Positions 27,356 through 34,168 of a stretch of 34,450 bases of DNA are shown here, in pieces; within the stretch, counting starts at the first letter, position 1; every line of letters begins with the position of its first letter. This stretch comes from a virus (Duplodnaviria; Caudoviricetes), in the IMG/VR virus record IMGVR_UViG_3300037722_000335, positions 1-34,450 of that record, one strand, 5' to 3'. The position numbers were made by a program, and so were the translations under genes. The notes under the pieces are model-generated. The model was given only the letters and a program-made list of their open reading frames with translations. It was not told the DNA's origin and made no database searches.

Positions 27356-27384
27356 ATTATATCACGTTTTCGAGTGGTGTACAA
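27356..27384 (-). promoter_or_regulatory. Sigma70-type promoter
   Basis: TTGTAC, 17-bp spacer, TATAAT with extended TG (TGATATAAT). Confidence 0.7.
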
Positions 27385-27441
27385 TGTTTTTATCTAACAA
27401 CTTATAACGGTTTAACAGTGCAGACCGCACCGTTAATCTTT

Positions 27442-27492
27442 TCACATGAGCAAAACTAAAAGCATACCAATGACCATAATAAATTCTTCCAT
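27442..27492 (-). CDS. Putative 16-aa hydrophobic peptide
   Basis: MEEFIMVIGMLLVLLM with GAGGTGA RBS. Confidence 0.4.
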   Translation of the reverse strand: MEEFIMVIGMLLVLLM

Positions 27493-27510
27493 GGTGTCAC
27501 CTCGCTAAAT

Positions 27511-27711
27511 TCACCAGTCAAAATCTGGAAAACACCCAACCGATTCAAGTTTAAAAACGTGAATAATTTTGCGTTTTATTACCATGTAATCTATCACCCA
27601 CAATCTATAAATATCGCCCCTGTCTTTGATAATTTTCGATCTATCAAGAACAGTGTATGTTAAAAATTGTTGCCTCGTGTTTTCTGGATATTCTCTCTCT
27701 ATTGTTGTCAT
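27511..27711 (-). CDS. Hypothetical protein
   Basis: AGGTGA RBS; in operon. Confidence 0.55.
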   Translation of the reverse strand: MTTIEREYPENTRQQFLTYTVLDRSKIIKDRGDIYRLWVIDYMVIKRKIIHVFKLESVGCFPDFDW

Positions 27712-27719
27712 GCTGTCAC

Positions 27720-27923
27720 CTATACCACATCAACCCATATTCCGTTGACGCGCTCTTGAAGGATTTTGTGTTGACCTGACGTAACTGTTTTAGCACCCCA
27801 TTGACCATACCCTAAAGGCTTTTCGTAATCTGGCTCATAATGACTATGGACCCACTCAAATCTATATCTCAACCTCGGCTCATCCCTAATCATTCCTCGT
27901 TTCGGTCTTGGTCTTGTCGGCAT
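27720..27923 (-). CDS. Hypothetical protein
   Basis: GAG RBS; tight packing. Confidence 0.55.
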   Translation of the reverse strand: MPTRPRPKRGMIRDEPRLRYRFEWVHSHYEPDYEKPLGYGQWGAKTVTSGQHKILQERVNGIWVDVV

Positions 27924-27925
27924 GA

Positions 27926-28330
27926 TTACTCTTTAGTCTGATTTTTTGCTTTAAATACCGGCATGTCATTTCTTTTTTCACTGGTCAACTCAAAAGCCAT
28001 TGGTATCTCTGTCAGTTCAGATGTGTCCCACGACAACACTGGAGCCATAGTAAACACGATATCAATTCCTTTGTTTATCCATGCCTCCTTGGTCCAGCCC
28101 ATCATGTCAAACAGAGCCTTTTCTTTAATCCGCACCGGCTTTTTAGGCTCCGCAATCGGGCCCAACCATTCATCAAACGCCACGGCTGATGATTTCGACT
28201 TGTCTCCAGGTTTCGCCACAAGTGACCCGTCAAATTGCACTAAAACAAGTTCACCTTCGCCGCCTTTTTCATCTTTGGTTCTCGCCCAATAGTAACCGGG
28301 GCGTTTTGGTGTTTCTGTTGACCATTCCAT
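27926..28330 (-). CDS. Hypothetical phage protein (W...P..PGYYW N-terminal motif)
   Basis: Recurrent phage N-terminal motif; GAGG RBS and TAATG coupling. Confidence 0.65.
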   Translation of the reverse strand: MEWSTETPKRPGYYWARTKDEKGGEGELVLVQFDGSLVAKPGDKSKSSAVAFDEWLGPIAEPKKPVRIKEKALFDMMGWTKEAWINKGIDIVFTMAPVLSWDTSELTEIPMAFELTSEKRNDMPVFKAKNQTKE

Positions 28331-28662
28331 TATTCAGCCTCTTCTGTTCGTTTACTCATTTGGTCACATATTTTAAATGTATCATCAATTATTTTTGTGA
28401 AGACAACCTTTTCCCTTTGCTCTTCTCTTTTTTCCCAATTATCGGCTATCCACCCATTGGTTAATTCTTGGCTTGTTGAAATTTGATTGCGAGGTCCGCT
28501 TAAAAATTCATCCGTCCTTTGACAGGCCACGCCTTCCGTTAAAACGACCGTGTTATGGTCTACGGTCGCCTCACAGTGCGGGTGGCAATTTTCGTTGAGC
28601 CACTTGATTAGAGGTTTTGCGGCCTCAAGCATTTCTTTTCTTTGTTCTGGTGTGAGTATCAT
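28330..28662 (-). CDS. Hypothetical phage protein (AAKPLIKWLNENCHPH family)
   Basis: Recurrent motif; probable start at MILTPEQ (AGGA upstream), whereas the ORF track starts at 28701. Confidence 0.6.
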   Translation of the reverse strand: MILTPEQRKEMLEAAKPLIKWLNENCHPHCEATVDHNTVVLTEGVACQRTDEFLSGPRNQISTSQELTNGWIADNWEKREEQREKVVFTKIIDDTFKICDQMSKRTEEAE

Positions 28663-28807
28663 TGCTGATCCTAAAATAGTTTTCAGCATCCCGCCGCACA
28701 ACTACATTGTCGCTCAAAACCTCCAGCGTTCCGTCAGGCTTCCGTATGGCGTATACTGTTATGTCGTTTTGTCTTGATATGTCTATGCCTATTATAATCT
28801 TATCCAT
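28625..28807 (-). CDS. Hypothetical protein
   Basis: 60-aa ORF filling the gap between neighbours; overlaps the next gene. Confidence 0.4.
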   Translation of the reverse strand: MDKIIIGIDISRQNDITVYAIRKPDGTLEVLSDNVVVRRDAENYFRISNDTHTRTKKRNA

Positions 28808-28815
28808 AACTACAA

Positions 28816-29070
28816 TTAGTGCCTATAGTTTCCTGTTAACTGCACGAGTTCAGGAGGGAAGCAACCACTGTCGGTTGTCTCGGCGTTATCCTCGTCAGTG
28901 AGTTCAAGTATAGTCAAGTCAGCTGAAGTGATTCCGTAGTTTAGAGAGATATCCAGCCAGAATGATTCCGGCGATCCCTCACCTAACCTATGGCCCTCGT
29001 CAATCAGTTTATCACCGATATACAGGCCTTCCCAATCTCCCTCTTGTGTCCTTAAAAGCAATGCTTTCAT
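28816..29070 (-). CDS. Hypothetical acidic protein (GDWEGLY..DKL..EGH motif)
   Basis: AAGGTGAG RBS; recurrent small phage protein motif. Confidence 0.65.
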   Translation of the reverse strand: MKALLLRTQEGDWEGLYIGDKLIDEGHRLGEGSPESFWLDISLNYGITSADLTILELTDEDNAETTDSGCFPPELVQLTGNYRH

Positions 29071-29079
29071 AACTCACCT

Positions 29080-29394
29080 TTAGTTTAAAAGTTTACCAAA
29101 CAAATTATTCTCTTCCTCAACCTTCCGAGCGTCGTAAACATTCCCGCCGCTACACAACAACACCAGCGCCACCGTCCCGCTCTGCCTTTCATTCTTGATC
29201 CGGTGTAAAATATAATGCAAAATCACCCGCGCTTTATCCGGATCGTGAATACCCTTGATTTTCGATTTAGTGCATATCCCGCCCAGGCAATGAACTATTG
29301 ATATGTCCGTAATGCCTCCGTTACTGCAATGAAACGAGATTGTCACGGTTTGGGTATGCTGCGTTACCCTGGATAGTGCCTGCTCGAACTGCAT
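29080..29394 (-). CDS. Hypothetical protein
   Basis: 104-aa ORF with an apparent internal duplication (two [TS]V...xHC/LC-S-xGG-I/V-xD units). Confidence 0.55.
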   Translation of the reverse strand: MQFEQALSRVTQHTQTVTISFHCSNGGITDISIVHCLGGICTKSKIKGIHDPDKARVILHYILHRIKNERQSGTVALVLLCSGGNVYDARKVEEENNLFGKLLN

Positions 29395-29564
29395 AGCACT
29401 TCTTGCACAGGTGACACAACTGACAAATCGGCCAGCTCCCTATCCTTTAGTCCTGCTAGATACCTACGTGCCTCTAGCAAGCCTTGGTCGGCTTCTTCAA
29501 GGGTGACAATGCGTTTTAGGCCGTTTATTGTGCTGCCTATGTATCTTATGCGGACTTTCTTCAT
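29364..29564 (-). CDS. Hypothetical protein
   Basis: In operon, AGGG RBS. Confidence 0.5.
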   Translation of the reverse strand: MKKVRIRYIGSTINGLKRIVTLEEADQGLLEARRYLAGLKDRELADLSVVSPVQEVLCSSSRHYPG

Positions 29565-29572
29565 TTGTGCCC

Positions 29573-30205
29573 CTATATTTCAAAAAGCGTTTGTTGCCGT
29601 CCCGGGTGAGTCTGTTTCATCGCTGCGTTTAAAATATACAAACCGACTTCGGGATTAACCATGTTTCGCAGTATCTGGTCTTTTCTTTTTTGCACCTTGA
29701 ATTTGCTTATATCAAATCCAAAAATTTCCTGCGATCCGTTTGTGTGGATAAGGGGGGTTTCCTTTCTCTTAAATTTATGCTGCGGCGCCAGAAAAGAAGC
29801 CCAGAAATAATGCCGGTCCAACTTGAAAGTGGGCTCAACAATCGGCTCGTAATATGGCTTGACGTTTTCTACCACCCACGCAACATCTTTTGTATAATGC
29901 TTTAAAAAAGTTATCTCCTGCCACAGTCTGAAATCAGGGTACATCGGCGGGTATTGCCCTCGTTTTGATCCACAAACCCTTATCTCGCTGTGAGTCGGGC
30001 ATGGTGGGCTGGACCAGATGAAATCAAACTCCCGATAGTGGTCCAGCAAATACTGGTGAGCGTCGGCAACTATTACTGTGTCGTCAGGGAAAAACGATTG
30101 ATATATCGCAGCTATTTCATAATCATATTCGACTGCTGTAACTTCGACGTTTTCCCAACATTTTCTGTTGCCGCCGATACCGGAGAAAAGGTTTAGAACC
30201 TTCAC
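29573..30205 (-). CDS. Compact C5-cytosine DNA methyltransferase
   Basis: Motif I LFSGIGG, motif IV SPPC, motif VI VENV, motif X-like RNMVNP; GAGG RBS before a GTG start. Confidence 0.88.
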   Translation of the reverse strand: MKVLNLFSGIGGNRKCWENVEVTAVEYDYEIAAIYQSFFPDDTVIVADAHQYLLDHYREFDFIWSSPPCPTHSEIRVCGSKRGQYPPMYPDFRLWQEITFLKHYTKDVAWVVENVKPYYEPIVEPTFKLDRHYFWASFLAPQHKFKRKETPLIHTNGSQEIFGFDISKFKVQKRKDQILRNMVNPEVGLYILNAAMKQTHPGRQQTLFEI

Positions 30206-30558
30206 AAGCCAGCCTCGTAACTACCAACCGAAATATCAGCCAGCTTTTTAAGCCGTGGCCGGCAACCCAACTTACTCACGTCACATGTATCGATAATTGA
30301 TATTTCCTTCGCTCTCGGCAAATGCCCTTCTCGGAAAATATCTTTATGCTGCCAGCCTTTATCGCGTACCCGTTCGTAAATCTGCTTTGGATTGAATCCC
30401 GCCTGTTGCATTTCCGCGCTGGTCATATCGCCTATGTCGGTGTGGAATATTTTCATGCGGGTGCTGCCTGTTTTTACTATGGATATTTCGGTTGTTAATT
30501 TTGTTGGTTTTACTTTGTCGTCATTTAAGCATGACACTCTTTCACCCTTGCCTTTCAT
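30202..30558 (-). CDS. Hypothetical protein (possible small DNA-binding domain)
   Basis: Coupled to both neighbours; GFNPKQIYERVRDKGW resembles HTH-like modules. Confidence 0.55.
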   Translation of the reverse strand: MKGKGERVSCLNDDKVKPTKLTTEISIVKTGSTRMKIFHTDIGDMTSAEMQQAGFNPKQIYERVRDKGWQHKDIFREGHLPRAKEISIIDTCDVSKLGCRPRLKKLADISVGSYEAGL

Positions 30559-31301
30559 TTGCCCTCCTGCGTAATTTTCAGTTGAGAAGAAGGAATAAGC
30601 GTTTTCCCTATCAATCCAGCAAAGGACTCAATCTGCTGTTTTGCATATTTGTAGATTTCCTTGTAGTGCAACCCTTGTGACATGCCATCAAGCAATGCTT
30701 TCATAACTATCATATCCGCTGCCTTTACTGTTGATAGTTGGTGAATATCCAAAGCATCACGCAGGTTTTTGTATCTCTGTTCGAGAAGGAATAGTGCTTT
30801 GTTTTCCATCTTTGAAATGTTGGCATAATATGTAATAGCATTTTTACTGCCCTGCTCAGTGGCGTAGTCAATGAATTTCTCTATAGTATCTGTTGCGATT
30901 CGCCGTGTCTCTTTCCCTGCGTTGCGAGTTTCGAGCCATTGAGCGTTTTGTGGCTGTGAAGCTACCCGAATAAGTTCTTTCCTCATTTTGGTAAACTTTC
31001 TTACGAGCTCTTTTTTGTATCTGACAACCTCTGGAGTGTTTCTAAATAGAGTACCAAGGAAAAGGGCTTGCTCCTCGTTTAACAAAAGAGCCTTTATTGG
31101 TCGACCTCCATCTTTGCCAACAGGTTGTTGCCGGTGGGTGGCAATAACCCCAAACTCTTCGAAGTCTTTTTTGTACTTCTCAACCATACGGATTAAATAC
31201 CGATGGTCGTTGTTAAATCCAAACCCGTCTTTAATATCCCAGGTACTAACTCTCAACTCGCCTTTGTGAATAATTATTTCGTTTTTCATAACAGCCTCCA
31301 T
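30555..31301 (-). CDS. rha: Rha-family phage regulatory protein
   Basis: VSTWDI..GF...H.....V...GGRP....LLNEEQA.FL.T..RNT..V..YK..LV..F..MR Rha domain plus a C-terminal WLETR..GK..RR..TD domain. Confidence 0.85.
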   Translation of the reverse strand: MEAVMKNEIIIHKGELRVSTWDIKDGFGFNNDHRYLIRMVEKYKKDFEEFGVIATHRQQPVGKDGGRPIKALLLNEEQALFLGTLFRNTPEVVRYKKELVRKFTKMRKELIRVASQPQNAQWLETRNAGKETRRIATDTIEKFIDYATEQGSKNAITYYANISKMENKALFLLEQRYKNLRDALDIHQLSTVKAADMIVMKALLDGMSQGLHYKEIYKYAKQQIESFAGLIGKTLIPSSQLKITQEGK

Positions 31302-31310
31302 AGCTGGTTA

Positions 31311-31358
31311 ATAGTTATGCTTATGTTAACCGTTAATGAAAAACAATGCAATAACTAT
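31311..31358 (-). promoter_or_regulatory. Promoter for rha flanked by an 8-bp inverted repeat
   Basis: TTGCAT(31351-31346), 17-bp spacer, TAACAT(31328-31323); ATAGTTAT(31311-18) / ATAACTAT(31351-58) inverted pair. Confidence 0.5.
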
Positions 31359-31588
31359 CATTGTTTAACAGCTTTAAAAAAGAACGCAGGCTCCACTCCA
31401 TAAACATTGCACAAAACAGCAATCTTTTCAACACTGGCCCGATGTTTCTTTTGGACATAGTTGTGGATGAGCTGGCGGTTTATCCCGGCGTGATCGGCAA
31501 ATTCAGCCGGTGACATTTCCAGCCTGAAAATTAAGTTTGGTATTGCGTCGTAGTCGTATTCTATTTTCTTCATATAATTTTGAACCAT
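31358..31588 (-). CDS. XRE/Cro-family HTH transcriptional regulator
   Basis: MSPAEFADHAGINRQLIHNY.....ASVEKIAVLCNVYGV HTH_3 pattern. Confidence 0.85.
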   Translation of the reverse strand: MVQNYMKKIEYDYDAIPNLIFRLEMSPAEFADHAGINRQLIHNYVQKKHRASVEKIAVLCNVYGVEPAFFFKAVKQ

Positions 31589-31866
31589 TTTAATATATCT
31601 TCAGCGCAGCAGGCGTATATCCTTGCCCCGGTAAAGGTTTTATCTAAAAGTTTTTGTGAATCCTTTTTGCAGCTTTCGAGGAGTTCTCCTGTTTTTTTAC
31701 TGTAACAATCCTCTGTTTTCACTTCGACCCAAACAGTCCGGCCATTAAAACCGCAAATAATGTCGTCATACCCAACAGCTACTGACATGCCGGGGATTGA
31801 TAAGAGTTCTTTGACAATTATCGGCTGGTTGCTGTCAATTTTTTTCTTACGGCGCGGGTGGCTCAT
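31570..31866 (-). CDS. VRR-NUC / PD-(D/E)xK nuclease (resolvase-like)
   Basis: K.DSNQ..IV..L...DIICGFNGRTVWVEVKT...Q; start at 31866 from the GGTGG RBS and ATGA overlap. Confidence 0.75.
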   Translation of the reverse strand: MSHPRRKKKIDSNQPIIVKELLSIPGMSVAVGYDDIICGFNGRTVWVEVKTEDCYSKKTGELLESCKKDSQKLLDKTFTGARIYACCAEDILKWFKII

Positions 31867-32075
31867 ATTCCACCACGGCAATTCATAACTGTAGCGTGAG
31901 CAAGAATTTTAGAAATACAATCACCCTGCAACTTTGCTATTTCTTCGGCACAGGCGTGTCTTGTGTCGCGGTCTTGCTCTTTAAGTGCTGCTCTGAAAAC
32001 CTCTAGGCTATGTGAAACGTTTTGCCGTTTTAATTTAGTAAGCATTTCCCAAGCTTTCTCTTCTATTGTTTTCAT
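31863..32075 (-). CDS. Hypothetical protein (EQDRDTRHACAE motif)
   Basis: GAGG RBS; recurrent phage motif. Confidence 0.6.
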   Translation of the reverse strand: MKTIEEKAWEMLTKLKRQNVSHSLEVFRAALKEQDRDTRHACAEEIAKLQGDCISKILAHATVMNCRGGI

Positions 32076-32138
32076 TTACCCAACCTCAAAACAAAATAAT
32101 ATTTACCTTCTTCCGCGCCCCATTCCGGCCTACCTGTG

Positions 32139-32423
32139 TCAATTGTGATTTCCTTGAGCGGTATTATGAACGTTGGGGCATCTTTGGCGCCACCATTTAG
32201 TAAAAACAGAATCAGGGTACTCCTTTGCCACTTCGTCGGCTATGGTGTTAACGGCATCATCAATACTACCGCTTCCGGTTGACTCTACCTGGCGGTCTGA
32301 AAGATAGCTCAAGTCCTTGCCAATTGTGTAATCAACTCCACCGTCCCACATCCAGCCGATTGAAAGGTGGATCTCTGAATCATATATTTTTTGTAGTATT
32401 TCTCCGACTGTTTTTTCCATCAT
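32139..32423 (-). CDS. Hypothetical protein
   Basis: AGGAG RBS; LQKIYDSEI..SI.W.WDGG motif. Confidence 0.65.
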   Translation of the reverse strand: MMEKTVGEILQKIYDSEIHLSIGWMWDGGVDYTIGKDLSYLSDRQVESTGSGSIDDAVNTIADEVAKEYPDSVFTKWWRQRCPNVHNTAQGNHN

Positions 32424-32450
32424 GTCTCTCCTAATTTTTTACCTCCTTTA

Positions 32451-32478
32451 AAATTCCCCCACCCGAAGGCAGGGGATT
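32451..32478 (-). terminator. cUUCGg hairpin / terminator after the tRNA
   Basis: TCCCCTGCC-TTCG-GGTGGGGGA then ATTTT on the minus strand. Confidence 0.55.
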
Positions 32479-32586
32479 ATCTGAACACAGTGGCAATTTG
32501 CCGGTTACATTTAATTGGGTTTAGAAGTCATATTTCATGGCGGCCTCCATTTGGTTTGAATTGAATATGTGTAATGTCCTTTAAAG

Positions 32587-32661
32587 TGGTGGGCGCGAAA
32601 GGATTCGAACCTTCAACTGGCCGGTTATGGGCCGACTGCTCTACCATTGAACTACACGCCC
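32587..32661 (-). tRNA. tRNA with CAT anticodon (Ile2-lysidine or elongator Met type), encoded CCA
   Basis: GGGCGTG-TA-GTTC-AATGGTA-GAGC-A-GTCGG-CCCATAA-CCGGC-CAGTT-GAAGG-TTCGAAT-CCTTT-CGCGCCC-A-CCA. Full cloverleaf; G1-C72 is paired so not an initiator; C4-G69 favours Ile2. Confidence 0.92.
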
Positions 32662-32676
32662 TTAACTATAGACAAC

Positions 32677-32705
32677 AGAATAACACCACCAAAACCGCCT
32701 GTCAA
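32677..32705 (-). promoter_or_regulatory. Leftward sigma70 promoter
   Basis: TTGACA(32705-32700), 17-bp spacer, TATTCT(32682-32677) with extended TG; just upstream of the tRNA. Confidence 0.75.
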
Positions 32706-32713
32706 TAAAATAA

Positions 32714-32731
32714 TCAACAAAATATTGTTGA
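32714..32731. promoter_or_regulatory. Operator-like palindrome between the divergent -35 boxes
   Basis: TCAACAA-AATA-TTGTTGA perfect 7-bp inverted repeat overlapping the rightward -35. Confidence 0.55.
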
Positions 32732-32756
32732 CAAGGATAAATAAAAGAGTTATTTT
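32728..32756 (+). promoter_or_regulatory. Rightward sigma70 promoter
   Basis: TTGACA(32728-33), 17-bp spacer, TATTTT(32751-56). Confidence 0.65.
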
Positions 32757-32905
32757 GCGGTCAAGATAAAAATTCAACTTGAGGCGGTTATGAACATAGC
32801 AAAAATCAAAGAAACAGCCAAACTTATCGCATCGCTTGCAACGCTCGGCCTGTTTATCCTCGTCGCTGAGTATTTCTTTTTGAGCCAATGGGCTGAGGCG
32901 TTAAA

Positions 32906-33124
32906 ATGATAATCTTCGCCCACGCAAAACAAAACCTGCTCGACGCAATCGAAGCCGAGCAAGTACAAACAGTCATTGAAGAGTCAAGGCGGGAATTTGA
33001 CCAATTGCATAGCTTATATTGGGAGATTTACCACGAAGTAACCTTTGCCGGAATTGAGAACACCTTGGCTAAGTTTTTGTTGAAATTCAAGGGTGAGACT
33101 TCACTCGGAGACCATTTGCCATGA
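32906..33124 (+). CDS. Hypothetical protein
   Basis: GAGG RBS; ATGA overlap with the radical SAM gene. Confidence 0.6.
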   Translation: MIIFAHAKQNLLDAIEAEQVQTVIEESRREFDQLHSLYWEIYHEVTFAGIENTLAKFLLKFKGETSLGDHLP

Positions 33125-33963
33125 AAATTATCAGAGTCTTTCCAAGAAAAACAGCGGCAACTCCGAAAGATCGTTTGTCACGGATTCTCTGCCCTCCATT
33201 AATGGGTGACGAGGCCGACGAGGTGCATATATCTGTATCTTTTACTTACGATCTGCCTATCACGGAAAGACTTGAAAAACTCTGGTCAGCAGTTGCCCCG
33301 GTTAAAGTAGGCGGTCCTGCCCTTAATGATCGCGGTGGAGATTTTATACCAGGAAGATATGTAAAGCTTGGTTACGTGATGACCAGCCGTGGTTGCCCTA
33401 ATTCATGCTGGTTCTGCGACGCATGGAAAAGAGAAGGACGAACAGTTAGGGAGTTGCCTATTACTGAGGGATACAACCTCCTTGATTCAAACATACTAGC
33501 CTGCTCTGACGATCACGTTAAAGCGGTTTTTAAAATGCTAACCGAAGGAAAGAAGAAGTTCCACAAACCTGTTGAGTTTACCGGAGGCCTTGAGGCGGCA
33601 AGATTAAAGCAATGGCACGTTGACGAGTTGCGAAAATTGCGACCGAAGCAACTGTTTTTTGCTTATGACACACCGGATGATCTTGAACCACTACAACATG
33701 CGGGGAAAATGCTTCTTGCAGCAGGATGGACAACATCGAGCCATACATTAAGAGCCTATGTTTTATGCGGTTTTAAAGGCGATACAATTAATGAGGCATA
33801 TAAAAGAATGGCGCAAACTGCTCAATCCGGTTTTTTACCAATGGCTATGCTTTACCGTGATAAAAAGGGTGAAATTGACAGCGAGTGGCAGAAATGGGGC
33901 CGACAATATTCACGACCGGCTATCGCTGTTTCCATGTTGAAAGAATTTAATCATTTACCATAA
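33121..33963 (+). CDS. Radical SAM superfamily protein
   Basis: TSRGCPNSCWFC (CxxxCxxC), LLDSNILA, F.GGLEA, FFAYD and YVLCGF motifs; GGAG RBS. Confidence 0.88.
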   Translation: MKIIRVFPRKTAATPKDRLSRILCPPLMGDEADEVHISVSFTYDLPITERLEKLWSAVAPVKVGGPALNDRGGDFIPGRYVKLGYVMTSRGCPNSCWFCDAWKREGRTVRELPITEGYNLLDSNILACSDDHVKAVFKMLTEGKKKFHKPVEFTGGLEAARLKQWHVDELRKLRPKQLFFAYDTPDDLEPLQHAGKMLLAAGWTTSSHTLRAYVLCGFKGDTINEAYKRMAQTAQSGFLPMAMLYRDKKGEIDSEWQKWGRQYSRPAIAVSMLKEFNHLP

Positions 33964-33973
33964 GGAGAAAACA

Positions 33974-34168
33974 ATGGGAGACACGAAAGTGGGCGATTGG
34001 ACTATCTCATACAACCCCAAACCGATACCGGATAGACGGTTTGATTATGACGTAACCCATGATGATTATGATCTGGACCGGACAGAGTTGTATTTTTGCG
34101 CTGGCTCTGTTGATGAAGCAATTATTTCATTGATTCAGAAAGAAATAGAAGAACGTGAAAAGCCATGA
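33974..34168 (+). CDS. Hypothetical acidic protein
   Basis: TAAGGAG RBS; I.YNPKPIPDRRFDY motif. Confidence 0.7.
   Translation: MGDTKVGDWTISYNPKPIPDRRFDYDVTHDDYDLDRTELYFCAGSVDEAIISLIQKEIEEREKP

Noticed and set aside
27278-27392. AAAAACAT(C/T)GT shared between the start of the 106-aa gene and the promoter -35 region (possible self-targeting guide)
   Set aside because: Short, A-rich, outside the seed position and without an evident PAM; likely chance.
698-32148. Numerous plus-strand ORFs antisense to the minus-strand genes
   Set aside because: They overlap well-supported genes and read as typical antisense shadows.
32652-32968. Minus-strand ORFs 32652..32888 and 32774..32968
   Set aside because: They overlap the tRNA, the divergent promoters or the plus-strand gene; no convincing RBS.
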